A stretch of 56,560 nt of DNA from Hydrurus foetidus (Eukaryota), in assembly GCA_900617105.1 (NCBI GenBank), contig UYFQ01000271.1, positions 1 to 56,560 on the forward strand, given 5' to 3'. Shown piece by piece: positions 35,608 through 49,588 of the stretch. Position 1 is the first letter of the stretch. Every line of letters starts with the position of its first letter. Below the pieces are notes generated by a model, which made no database searches, had not been told where the DNA came from, and saw nothing but the letters and a program-made list of their open reading frames with translations. The position numbers and the translations under genes are program-made.

Positions 35608-38600
35608 ATGGAATCCGCGGATAATTGTGCACCATCATGGGAAGCTTGCAAGGAAAATGTCATTCCGTTGAAAAGAGGGAGATCAGCAAAGGGTCTCTCA
35701 GAAGTATTGAGTAGAAATATAGATAGCGCCTCTAGTGATGCGCTCCGTGAAAAAGCGTTCGAAGATTCTTTACTCGTGGCAGCGAAGTTATCTGGGAAGG
35801 AACTTTTAAATTCTTATACGCTCTACTTCAAATGGCTCCGGGATACTTTTCCGTCAAACTCTGAGAGGGCATTGAAGCTTTTAGAGGTATTCAGAATTTT
35901 TTTCATGTCAGCGGTGGAGATAAGATAGATTCACGTAATGTTCTTTTTTGGTTACGTGGAAATCAATTCAACCAATCGTGGTGAATAATGATTGGACCTT
36001 CAATCGTATAACGGATAAGCTTTTATGCCCAAATTCAGCAAGAGATGCTCTTATTCTTGTTGATGCGTGACGAAGATCACATGAAATCTGAAGTGCATCT
36101 AAAACATGCCTATGAGATTGTGTTGATATGAGCGAACATATCTCATCAACTCAACTTGACAGGAACAAATATGACTCTACTATCACCACAATTAAGCTTC
36201 CTTTGCGTGAAGATAGCGCGTAATTTCTTCTTCAATGAGATAGCCTACTCCTATTTTCTTCATTTCTATGCGTTTGTTTTTTCCTTTTCACAGAGATGCA
36301 CTTGCGATCTGAAGGACGAAGAAGAACTGAAAAATGATCAAAGATTCGTCAAGATGTGGATTGAATATGTACGTCATGCATCTTAGAACATTCCATGCGC
36401 TTTTTATGGAGAACTTTATCTTTGTTTATCCCGAAGTTCAATTGAATATTCCCGGATTTTTTTTACCGTTTTTTTAATATTTCAGTTATGTATCTTCTTT
36501 ACCTTGGTGCTGCATACTTCATAAATTCTTAATTGATTATTAGATAAGTATCTAAAAGTGCTGTGTTCTTCTTGCCTGTCTTATTAAGTACGGCATTAGT
36601 GGGATTTATTGTGATCCGGAAATCAACTCCAAATCGATTTTTTTTGTATCTTTTAGACAATTTTTCCATTCACTTCATGTCGCAAATCACAGTTCCAATA
36701 AGTATGCAATTCGAGGTATGTATAGAAAGCTGCATAGAAGACTTACTATCCTAACGTTCGATTTTTCTTTTTAAAATTTTAGGCTGATATGGTCAAAACA
36801 CCGGGGGAAATATTTTCATTTATGCAGTCTAACAAAATCGGTAATTACTCGAATCGACTATTGCTTCATTATTTTCTTGACATACCACCACATTTAACAG
36901 CTAATGATTTCAATTCTTCTGATTTATCTTGCAAATAATAACGGATAGAGGTACCACTGATTACAGTTCTTGTCGATTTTATCATTTACTTCATTATTTA
37001 TATAGCCGGCTTGATGTTGCTATTGAATGTATGTTTATTCCAATCTTTTAACAATATTCTGTGTTTTGCATTTTTATAACAATATTCTGTATCTTGCATT
37101 TTTGTTTGCATTTTATTCAGGTGAGAAAGTTGCCTTGTTTTGGATTGCCTGGGCATTCGTCGCAGAAAAAGTTGAAAATTTCAAATTAACCGATCAAATA
37201 TTTCAAAAGGTAAAAAAATACGAGGCAGTTTTATGTTCTGTAATTTGATTTCACCCGTGTGTTGTTGTTGTCACAACAAAATACATATTTTCAATATTCT
37301 AAAAGGTTGTTTGAAGAACGCAGTGACGAACCTTGTTCGTAAATGAAAATATTCTCGTTTAGTTGTGACTTCGGCAAAACGTTCCTTATATTTACATAAT
37401 AGCACTTTGTCCTTTCCTTGAGGAAAATCTAATAATCTCTTAATTTTTTTCTTTTTGTATTCATTGGAAGGGAATAAGGCGATTAGCTGAGCCAAGAGAG
37501 TTGCTATCAAAAAGATATCAGCAGTTCCAAAGAAGACTCGCAAGACATTACATTAACAACATGGAAGACAACAACACAGACAGTAACAATGATAACAACG
37601 ACTATAACACCAATATTACTTCACGTTCAAATGATACGAGAGGAGGAAACGGGAACAGAAATGAAAATGGGGGGCAGGGGGTAAGACCAAGGGACGGAAC
37701 TAGGACCGGGCCTAGAACAAATTCCGGAATCGATGTGGAGAATGGGTCCAGAGTCCCACTTAGCGGTTTACCCATAGCGGACACGGACAGACGGACACAC
37801 AGCGGAAGTACTGCCCCAGGAAATGTTCGTTCCATAAATACGTCCAGTAGTGGTACGCACGTACGTGCCACTGCACCAGCTACAAATTCGACTTTTCAAA
37901 TTTTCAGCGATCATGCTGTCGGTGAGAACGTACAATCTGTACTTACAGAAAATTCAAATTGGAGAAATTTAGACACACAGGAAAATAAGAAAAAAGAAAA
38001 TTCAGGTAGCTGTAAACTCCTCATAATTTCAAAAAATCTCATTTAATTTTTTTAACAATATTTAATGTTCCCCACTATGATGTGCCCCCAAAAATCTAAA
38101 TATCATTCCGTTTCAAAACGACACAGGCCCCGTTACAAAATGGACGGAAGGTCCGTTAGTTCCTGTTAAATCCGGCATGCCCGGTACCGGCCAAACATCT
38201 CACGGCCAGCCCGGTGTAACTCCTTTAGTGTCATTGGTCTCCGTTTTTGTGGATAAGAAATTCGAAGATGAAGATGAAGATGAAGATGAAAAAGTAGTTC
38301 CAAAAGAAATTCGAACACACGGCGGTGAGTACGATTTGTACGTGACATATATCGAACTCATTGGATGTTGCACTTAGATTTAATCGAAATAATTTGTAAG
38401 ATTCCAGGTTGATATTTTTTAAAATCAGTAGAAATTCGATTCATGAAGTATATCAATTTTTAAGATGGAAATATTTTCAACGTGTTTTTTATTTATCTAC
38501 AAAGCGCCTCAAATCAATATTTATTTTGTTAAGCTTTCATCCCTATTTACTCTCTATTCATCCATCGTCCCTCCTGACAACTCACACTATGCCGTTCTAT

Positions 38601-40933
38601 TTCTTTTCCCTCCCTATTCTTCCTCCTTCCTCTCTGTCCACCTTTTCTCTCCCTTCCTACGCCTATTTCACCTTTCTCCACTCATGCTCCTTCTTTCCGA
38701 ACCATCCCCTTTTTCTACTCTTCTACATTTTATAATTATCACCACCCATCCATTTCTCTCCCCTCCCCTCTCCCCGCCTCTCACTCTTCACCACTCAACC
38801 CATTCTCTCCCTACTCTCCCCCAATTAACTTTGCTCCTCTTTCTGCTCCTCATAAATTCTCCCAACCCCAAAGGTCTGCGTTTACGTCAGCACATCGAAG
38901 GAGTTCCAAGTACGCACCCGGAACAAAAAGAACAGAAGGACTTTGAACTTTCTGTCGCGAGAATTTCCTCAAACCCTCTAGGGCGACATAAACTCTCCAC
39001 TGCTGAGCCATCCGATCTCGCAAACGGCGAAAATAAAGTACAGCATTCACACCCTGTTGTGAAGGATGTTCCTAGTGGAGTGCGTGCAGACGAGCGTTCT
39101 GATGCACGTATAGATGTAGGTACATCTGTACGCACGCACACCACACGACAGATTCCATCATCGACCCAAGGTCCGGAACCTGTACCTTTGATTCCACAAA
39201 ATACGGCTACCTTCAATTCCGTGAAATCAAGTGCACCACTACCTTCTTCTACCTCGTCTGGATTCACAATATTCCAAGAAGAGAATATTCCGAAGAAAAA
39301 AATAGTTAGTACGACAGTCAGCACAACTTCTTTTTCGATTTTTAGTGATGGGGATAAGGATAGAAATGAAAAAAAACACGAAAATAAAAGGAGAGCTAAT
39401 GACAATATTGAAGTACATGATGACAAAAAAATAGCAAAGAATGTTACTGGTGACTATAATAATAACAAAAAAGAAATTAAACAAAAAGAGAAGAGAAGTA
39501 GAGAAGAAGACGATCATCATGACGAGTTAGATTGTATGTTGACGGAATTGGGAATATTAGATTCAGAGGATGGAACGATTAACACTCGACTTGCCAGGTC
39601 TGAAATCGCATCTAATTTGTGCATTATTTTATCAATTTGAGAGTTGGTTAAAAAACACTCAATAGTTTTTTCTATATTCCATGTGCTTTTCATTTGTTCT
39701 TTTCCTTAACACTCCTGGTGTGTTTATTATTTATTTACTTATTCATTCATAAATTCATTTAATTACCATTACGTATGCGTATTGATTTACCTTTCCTTTT
39801 TTGAATTTATTAGTTGATTCAGAGATTTTCTTTGCTTGTATTCTTACTTACACCTTCACGCACTTAATCACATCAATATTTTTTATTAATCCATTTAGAG
39901 TTGTCTGTGTGTGCATCCCCACTTTTCGTTTCTTATTCTAATATTTTATTACATTTTCAGGAAAGACATAGACAGTATGTTTTGTTCACCAGAGGGTAAA
40001 AAGACAAAAATTAATAAATTCGAAAACACCAGCAAAAACACTAATAATCATAAAAATAGCGGATTTGAGATTTTCAGCGATGTTGATAAAAATTTGAAAA
40101 ATTCAAAACCGCAAAATAAAGAAAAAGAATTTGAAATATTTTCGGACATAAAATGTGACCAAGAAAAAAATCGAAAAGAATTAAATTTAGGTCGAAATTC
40201 TTACAATGAGAATAAAACTATAAACTTAGACAGTAGTACCAATAATGATGACAATATTCGAAAAAACAGTTTTGACAGTGTTTTATCGGATAATTTTCAA
40301 TTTGGTGGGGAGCACACAAACACCCTGGGGTTTTCAACTAGTGAATTGTCGGTTATAAGAGAGGTAAGATATGCATGGATGAAATGCTACTGGGATCCAA
40401 GCCATTTTTTACGAGTAATTTCATTCTTTTTTATTTATATTTTATCTCGTAATGAATATTATTTTGATTTTGTAAGGTCAAATACATTTTATCTTATGTG
40501 CATACGATTTGTAATTCACATTGAAATTATTTGTTGCATTAGAATAATGTTCTTTTTCGCTTTTTTCACACAGACTAGTACCGAAGGATACTCGATGTTC
40601 GGACAATTAAATACACCGCACACAAAACAAGCAGAAATTGGAATAAAAAAGAATTACGAAAATAAATTTGAAGATGAGAATGACAATGGAAAAAATGGTA
40701 AAACGAAAAATCAAGGATTTACGATTTTCTCTGATACAACAGAAAAGAAAATTCGAAGCAGAAATAATGATTATGAAAATAATGACAGTTGCAGGCTTAA
40801 TATGAGTAATTTTAAGCCGGAAAAAGCGAGTTTTAGACATGAAATAAGAGAACAAAATTTATCATTTTATTTGTCTTCGAGTAATAGTACTAATGGAAGC
40901 AGTTTTAGTAGGAACGTCACCGATAACAATTAA
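35608..40933 (+). CDS. MAD3: MAD3/BUB1-family spindle checkpoint protein without a kinase domain, ~9 exons
   Basis: N-terminal KEN box WEACKENVIPLKRGR and TPR-domain motifs (LKNDQRFVKMWIEYAD, IFSFMQSNKIGEKVALFWIAWA, GIRRLAEP). Also an FQIFSD..KKENSGP..W..SVFVD cassette and CDI-like DGTINTRLARKDIDSMF. Approximate exons: 35608-35886, 36294-36368, 36783-36840, 37121-37209, 37471-38005, 38127-38325, 38875-39597, 39961-40363, 40573-40933. Confidence 0.85.
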
Positions 40934-43317
40934 ATAAATATTTAATGACAACACAAATTCAATTCGAATGCTTTGGTAGTAATCGGTAGTAGTCGAACTT
41001 TAGGACTGTTCTTTGCGATTAATTGGTTGGCTTTCAAGTGCGGGTTCTGTCTTTTTAGTGTCGCAATCACGTACTCGAAATAAGAATTATTACGGTTCGA
41101 ACGAAATAGTTATTAAAAAAATAGTCTTTGCATCAATTTTATCAGAACGAGAATCGATGCATACTTTTGCCGTCAGTAAAACAGTATTAAAGGTAAATAC
41201 AAAATGTAATCAGATTTCTATTTTCGGCTTTCTAATGACCCAGATGATATCTAAATATTAAACGATTGAACTAACAATAAAATAAACAATAAGTGGACTG
41301 GATAAATGATAAAATGGACAGTAAAATAAACAATAAAGTAAACAATAAAATAAACAATAAAATAAACAAAAAACGGATTCGATGAATGATAGTAAAGAGG
41401 CAAAAAACGAGAAAATTGAAAAACGTTTTGAAATTAAGTGCTAAGACCGACAAAAGATAATGTACAAAAAAGGATGAAGGAGTTGGTTATTAAGTGACTA
41501 TTTGATAAGTGGAATAAAATGGAAAGAGTAGGGATTAGATTGAGTAAAAAATAGATGACTAGGGGGAAGAAAACTGCAAAATAAAAAAAGAAGGAATGCG
41601 ATGAATGTGGAAGAATAAAAAAAATTCACAGTAAGTACTCGAAATCAAAAGAACAAAAAGGAGAATAGTGCACCTGTTAATATTATGATATGTCAATTAG
41701 TCTGTCTGTCCGTTTGTCTGAACACATCAGTGTGTGACTGTGTTTAGTATTTAACTGTACAATAATGGTTCTCTATTAACCATCTCAAATAAAAAGAAGT
41801 AAAGTTTGTCAATTTTTTACTATGTTTCGAGATCGTATTATACATGGCAAATTTTATCGACAAAAATTAAAATTAAAAAAAATCAGTATGAGTAATGGCG
41901 GACTAATTTACTCAAGGCAATAACAAATTAAACGGTTTGTAAGAATTAACAGCCCATTTGAACTGTATGAAAAACATTTGTGTGTGAAGTTGTAATTAAC
42001 AAACACACTACAATCGCATATTTGGTGCTGTTTAATTGTTTTCGTTGTGAAGTAAATGAGACTAAAAAAAATTGCGGGTCGTATTTCGACAAAGGGGCCT
42101 ATTTCTTCTTTGAATAATTTTATCCGGAATTAAATTCCGTTGATGGTGGATAATCATACGGATAATCTCAAGTAAGGAGTGTTCATTTTTCACGAAATGC
42201 AGTTTGTGAATCCGTAATTACTCGATAGCTGTTGCTGTGAAAAAATGGATACGAAAAAATCACGTACATGCAGTACATCCAACGTCAAGATAGAATGTCC
42301 TCTGGTGGTAATATTCATGGGAACAGAAAAGCAACTTTCCTTCAAATCACGAGAAATTTGACCGATACATGAACTTTTTCGTGATTTCCAGTGTTGTTTA
42401 TTCCAGTGCCGCAGTACTGTTTATCCAATTTCATTCAATAATTTACAATATCGATAAAAAGATATGATCGAAATTCTTCTTGTCAGTGCAAGAATCTCAA
42501 TTTCATATTTTTTCATTTGTTTTTTCCGTTTTTAAAAATCGTTTATTCTTCGAACGATATGATAATAATATCGTGAATCTTCGATATATTTTACTTCTCA
42601 TTGTTCATTGGTCAAGTAACCTGCTTTTTTTCAATGAAATGAGAAATCGATGAGTTTTGCCGGAGATAATGTTTCTAATAATATATTTTACTTCAATTTT
42701 TTCAAAACAATTTTATTTTATTTTTAAGGACACGCTAGAGATTTTTTTTCTCCTAACTCTAATAAAAACTAAAGAAAAGAAATCTCAAAACTGATGGGGC
42801 ATTAACATTGCTATAGCAATTTAATTACACATCTAAAATAAAAAAATAAAAAGATCAAGATGGAAACATTTCCATCCATTAAATAAATAAAAATAAATAG
42901 AAAATAAAACATAAATTTAATAAGGTGAAATAAATAGATACCGGAAATAAGAAATTAGACATAACACAATGCTTTTCCAGACTATCAAAAATTCAAAATC
43001 TTAGTATGATCAAAAATCTTCAAAATCAAAAGATATTTTCGATGCCTATTATGTTAGATGTATGATCAAGAATAGTCATGCAGGTTATGCCGTAACGAAC
43101 TTAACGGATTGTTAATTCGGATGTATTTCATGCTACAAATTTTCATTGGTGATATCTATGTCATTTTATTGTTTTTATTTTTATTTTTATAAGATAGCTT
43201 TTATTATCTCAATTTTCTTCTTGTGCGTGATTCTGCTGCCAAATATTCAAATATGTGCAACTAATAAAAAATCAAGAAAAATCACTAAAAAAGAAGAATG
43301 CACATCACGAAAAATAA

Positions 43318-46300
43318 TCATGCGGAACAGAAGTAAGAAAATTCAAGATTAAACTTCTCGGTCGATAAATCGAAAATATACATTGAGAACGAAAGCACTA
43401 GCACCCCACACAACATAAAAGTCATTATACTTGGTCGCCCGTAATTTGCCGCCGTGTAGATTGCTAACAAACGACCAGTAGTACCTATTTCGTGTAATGT
43501 AATACTATCATTATAATTAGTATGATGTTAATCGAATAGGACGGATGAAAGCAACCAACAATGCGAAGGCAAAGTGACTGATTAAATACCAAATACTACA
43601 CGAGTAAGTCATTGATTCTGCCATTAACTTCATGTGTTGAATTCATTTTTGTGCATGTTTTTGACAATTGCATTTAGATGGTTGATCGTCATATGCACCA
43701 CACACATGTGGACCTCCGTACCTTTTCAAGAGTAAATAGCAAATTTGAGAATCTGTCATTAAACGATTAATAAAGCACAATAAATCGAAACAAAAAAGCA
43801 CACACACAACAAACACAATATACTCTGAAACAAAAAATGTCAAAAAAAAGAAAACGGGCTTTGGTCTTTTACCTCCCGCCCCCCCAATTAGAAATCCCCA
43901 TAGGGCATAGCTGAACGGAACTTCGCCTATAACCGACAATAAAAAGAAGCGTAATTACAGATTGGTTTCAAGATAGGAAACAACACGAAGTTTAATTAAA
44001 AAAATTGCTTTAATAAAATGAATCAAAGTAAAGAAATGTAAATCAGAATAATAAGATTAGATAATGTACAAATATTACGAGGACAGAATAAAATGTCCGA
44101 AACAAAGAATGAAAACAGGTTTGAGCGCTATTGAAATCACCATTTCATTTCCACCTTGCATTCGTTCATATTTATTGGACATTTTATTCTGATACGGTGA
44201 TACCACATGTAATCAAATGTTGCAAATATTTAATGTAGTATAGAATTCAATGTGTAATAAAGTGCGGTGAATAAAGATAATATAGCGTACTATAAAGAGA
44301 AATGAACTATAGTGTGCAAACACAAATAACAAAATTCATTTTACAGTGACATTGCAATGCAGAGAAAGATGATAGAATAAAAGAAGAAGAAGAAGAAGAA
44401 GAAAAAGAAGGACAAGAAGAAGAAGGAAAAGAAGAAGAAGGAAAAAGAAGAAGAAAAAAAGAAGAGGAAGAAGAAGAAGAAGAATAAATGTAATAAAAGA
44501 TGATAAAGAGCGTATTTAGACAAGAACATTATCTACCTAGCGTGACGTAGTGTACGAGGGAAGAGGACGTGTTGAGCAGAGACATCAGTGACGTGGTGGC
44601 CGGGGTCACCGTAGGCAACACCTTTTAATTTAACGGAAATACGGGAAGAAAGGAAGAGGGGGTGAGTTACAATGGGACGTAAGTGTGTGTATGTAAGATA
44701 AACATGATACGATGAAATGTTACGTCATGCATGAATGACATGAAACAGGGGGGTATATTATGTGTGATGAATGTAAGAATGGTAGATTAGCATGATAATA
44801 AAAGAAATAAAGATGAAAGAGAAGCTGATAATAAAACGAGATGAAAAGAGGTAGAGTGAGAGAGGGAGAGGCAGAGGGAGAATGATATCAAGAGAGACAG
44901 AAGAAGGCATGATAAAAAGAGAAAGAGAGAGAAAGAGGAAGAGAGTTAGAGAGGAAAAGAGAGATAGTGACAGAAAAACACATCGGAATAACATGACTAA
45001 TATCACTCCAAAAAACAGAGTTCTTACTTTTAAGTTCAGCAATAATGGACCCATCAACTCTCCTCCCCCTATTCCCAACAAAGCGCTGAGGATACCGATC
45101 ACGAGAGCGCACATAGGCAAAGTGTAGGAAAATTCAGACCACTGAATATCCCCTGATTTAAAGGAAATGCAGAGGAAATATAAAGGAAATATAAAGGAAA
45201 AGTAGATGGAAAGTGAATTTATAATAATAATTGATTTAAAATGATTGAGTACAGAGAGTGAGGAAGAAAAAAAGATTAGAACTTGTATGAAAATAAAAAA
45301 GAGTTTACCGAAAATAAATAAAAAAAGAAATAAAGAAATAAAAAATGAAAAAAAGTAATAAAAAATGAAAGGAACAAGAAAGAAAGGAAGAAAGAAAGAA
45401 CAAGAAGGAAAAGCGAATCCAGACATGGCATATGAGGAAGATGAGTTTGTCAAGTGACTCTTTACAAAATACTTTTTTGAGGTTTACTGGTGAAGGCAAA
45501 CTAAGAAATATGAAAATAACGTTAATTGAAAATAAGGGCAAAAATCAATAAGTAGTCAAGATACACTCCATTAAAAATGAAATAAGAAACGGCAAATAAG
45601 AATAAAAACAACATTGTAGGAAGTGAAAAGTGAAAAGAGAAAATTCTTTGACCTTCAAATAATGTTTCGTGTTTTTGTTTTTCAATTAAAAAACCAACGC
45701 CGTATAATATTTGAGAAAATAAAAGAGGATAAATTCTGCAAGAAAAAGAGAGAAGAAAAAGAAGAAGAAAAAGAAGAAGAGAGGAAATGTATCATTAGGA
45801 ATTGTGTGTGATGAAGGAACAATGTAAATAGGATAGAACAACATATAGACTAAAAATTAAAAACAGCACATAAAAGTGTACAGACATATACCTCGGAACA
45901 AGAAGCAAATGAAGAGCAGTGAAAGGAAATGAAGTAACGGGAAAATTTTAATGAAAAAGAAAGAAATGAGTAATTATTCAACACAATTTAACAGTGTAGA
46001 AAAAAAGAAAGAAAAAAATCATGATTTACGTTTGATGCATGAAACTTAACATTGAATTAAACTTGTACGATATGTACTTACAGAGTTAGTAATAAAAAAT
46101 ACCCCCATGTACATTTGGTACTAAGTTCCAACGAAACATATAGTACGGCATATAACATCCACATTCCCAATATAGCGAATATGATTGCATACGGTACTAT
46201 AGTTTGTGTATTGTCAATTACTGTTGCACTGTATTCATTTGGGTTATATTCATGTTGTGAGAAATCAGTGCTAATTTTTTTGTCTAGAAATTTATCAGTT

Positions 46301-48825
46301 TTTTTTGTTTTTTCTGTGTTTTTTCCATCTATATTATTGCTTTTAGCATCAAATTTATCCAATGAAACAGCATTTTCAATATTTAATATGTCATTACTGA
46401 TAGATTCCTCATTACCAAAATAATTGAATTTCTTTAATTTTTCATCTTTTTCAATGTTACTTTTCAGATATTTAATAGGGGTACTTCTATTTGAAATGCT
46501 TAAGTGATCGCTGTTTTTATCATTGTCAAAAGTCTTATTTCTGTGCATAGGATTCACGAATAAAAAGTTTTCAGATTCTTTCATTTTTACTTCACTTATA
46601 CCGTATTCATTGTAATCTTCATTATCATCGTCTTTACTGTCATAATCAATGTCACTGTTACACGTACTACTAGATTCGTTTTTACATTGATCACTATCAT
46701 TATCATTTTTATCATTATTTTCAGCATCATTTTCATCATTATTTTCATTATTATCAATATCATAAGTATTGTTTTTCCCGCCATCATTAATATCTCTATT
46801 AATTTTGTTAAAATCATGCATTGGATTGGTATATTCAAATCGATCATTATCGTCTAATAAAGGTACCGTAACGGACGTGCCGTACAGTAACGCTACACTT
46901 TCTAAATCATAAAATTCGAATCCTTTTAGAAGTGCTGATGTAAAAGCAATTACGAGGACTGTCATACCTAATCAAAGAAACAAAGACAAAATTGTTCAGA
47001 TGAAAATCAGTTATTTGTTGTTTATGAAAAAGTCAAGAACTACAGAACCGAAGTCGTGCCAATAGAAACACAGAAGTAAAAATTGGCAGGCAAACAAACA
47101 GAGAAACATACGTACGTATATACGGACAAAAGGACAGACGCACTTGTATGCATACGATACATAACTGTACCTCCAATGTATATCAACTCATATTTCAATC
47201 TAATATAAACGAGAACACAGATGCAATTTCAAAATTTACTTACCCAAGAGAAGACATAAAGTAGTGGGAAGAATAGAAGATAATACCACCCCGATATTGG
47301 CTCCACCTAACTCTAGAAGTAAAGAAAAAAAAAATAGAAGAAAGAAATGAAGAAGTGAAGAAGATGGTAAAATAATCAAGATAAAAAAGAGGAAAAGCAG
47401 GAGGCCAAAACGGTGTTTAAAATAAAGTAGAGAAAGTTAAACAGAAAAAACCAAAAAAGTGAAAATGAAGCAAAGACAGGAGCGAAATAAGTTAAATAAA
47501 CCAGGATAAAAAAACATAGAAAAATAAAAGCATGTTAAATAGAAGTGTAGAGGGATAGTTCCTACCAGCAGGCAGGAGAATGAGAATAGCATCCCAGTAA
47601 ATCAATGAACGAGTTCTGACCAATGGATGGTGCCGAGATAAATTAATCACAACCTGCGAGAGATACATGAATTAGATGATAATTAAGACTAATTTATGCG
47701 TTGTATTAGTCATTTTGTTCGCTGTTGTTTATTTCCTCTGCGACTCAGAAAAGTTTCGTACGTCATTCTGATGTACAGTTTAATTTAAGAAAACAAATTT
47801 ATCATTGACATGATGCTTAAATTCGAAAACAGCAGAGTTTCTCATCGAGATTATTTCTATTACAAAGATATCGGTGCTTCTAAGCTGTATTCGATTTTAC
47901 TCAATTTAATCAATCTCATTCTCGTCAGCTAATGGCTAACTAGAATTAAAATTTTATTTCCTCTTATATTTATCTTCTGTCAGTTTTAGAATATATTTAT
48001 CGCAGCATTACACCAAATCAAATCGTATCAAATCCTCTAAATGATACAACACCTTTTCTCACATCATATCATATCATATCATATCATCTAACATCATATC
48101 ATGCTTCATACAATACAAACAAAAACATCCGAAGATTTACGTACAACAATAACGTACGCACCTGAGAAGTATAATTTCCCATAAGAGTTGCGAGGGACAT
48201 TATCACACTTTCTTTGTAAGTAAAGCCCCAAATGAAATAAAAGATAGGAACATTTAATGCACCACCACCTTCAGAACATTTTGTTCGGAGAAAGGAGAAT
48301 TTGTTAGGAATATAAAGAACGTCAGAACATGTCGGTATTGAGAGAGGTAAAGTTTGGTGAAGTAATAGATAAATCAAAGGCGGCGAAATCGTTTCTTTGA
48401 CGAGTTGTTAACATTGTTAACTATCAGGGCATCGTACTATTTCATCATGCATCCGTTTTGTTTCGCTTTGTATGGCTTCTGATATACGCCAGGGTATGAC
48501 AGAAGTATAGCAGTATAATACCAGAGAAGCAAGATCTGGGTCAAATAATGGGCAGTCATTCTCAGAAAGTTGTAGATGAAAAAGCAGTGATAAATGTACA
48601 GAAATCATCTTACTACAGTCTACAGCCGAGAAATTGAAGTCAATTGAATCAAAACAAGCAAGATTGGATTGGCGATTGCGAAGTCTTACCAACACCGCCA
48701 GCAGATGCGATGCTGCTACACACGTAGAGAACAAGACTTCCGAAAAATTCTGAAGATCCTGTACGATAGGTGCTAACAGCTACTGTGGTGACAGGATAAA
48801 GAACAGAACCTCTCAGGTAGTCCAT
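43318..48825 (-). CDS. Sulfite exporter TauE/SafE family multi-pass membrane protein, ~10 exons
   Basis: Motifs SSIASAGGVG|GGALNVP, HHPLVRTRSLIYWDAILILLPAELGGANIGV, GILSALLGIGGGELMGPLLL, VLPTVTPATTSLMSLL and YGRPSI. A large N/D-rich loop exon lies at ~46966-46081. TGA at 43318-43320. Confidence 0.85.
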
Positions 48826-49425
48826 TCTTTCTCGAGTCAAGGATTGATGACCTTTTCAAAATGCAGGATCGAACTCTGTCTGTGCTTTGATAAGATTCTC
48901 GACGTTCCTCAAAACAAGACTTTTATTCAGTAAGAGCAGACGTGCAGCAAGTAGATTGTGAAAGTAGAAAGCGTTACCGCAGTCTGCTGATGCTGTTGCC
49001 TGAGCGGTTACGAACCAGGTGCGCAGCTTCTAGGTAAGCTGAATCATTTGCTGGCATTTATTATCTTCAGTTCTATAACTCAAACTGCGTCACCACCTCT
49101 TGCATTTCGATTGGGATGGATTGGGACAAAATCGAACCCAAAATTTGAAATGTGGTCGGGTTTTTCCAAAACCGTGTTCTCGTTTCAGTGCTCTCCGTCG
49201 ATACGGCAGTATTCCGTGTCGAACCAAAGTTGGGGTAAGACTTTATCCTTGTAATATGAACGATGCTCCTTTGCAGAATAGGCTCTTGAGTGTTCAGGCG
49301 CGCTTTCCTGAATGCACAAGACCTTCCCGAACGGAGCAAGTAGGTGTGGTTTTAAAAACGTAGTGTGGTTCAATTACTTGATAAAGAAGTATGCGGAATG
49401 CTGCAAGTAAACTACAGTGCAACAA

Positions 49426-49588
49426 TGTTGAAATCTGGATTCAATATGCATATTCTGATCTGAACTGACGCATGGTGGATGAAATCCACGTCATCTTCTT
49501 GAGTAGGATCGTAATCGCATTATTCAAAGGTATTCTAAATCTATACGGTACACCTGAGATGTACATACGGTAGACTGAATCCCAAACA
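49426..49588 (-). mobile_element. Probable 3' LTR (163 bp) of the Copia element
   Basis: On the minus strand a purine tract AAGGGGTA is followed immediately by TGTTTGGGATTCA, and the segment ends TGAATCCAGATTTCAACA (TGTT...AACA termini). The 5' LTR is outside the window, so this is unconfirmed. Confidence 0.55.

Noticed and set aside
41000..43300. 2.3-kb AT-rich gap between the convergent MAD3 and TauE genes, searched for BUB1 kinase exons or a DNA transposon
   Set aside because: No kinase motifs, transposase or terminal repeats seen by eye.
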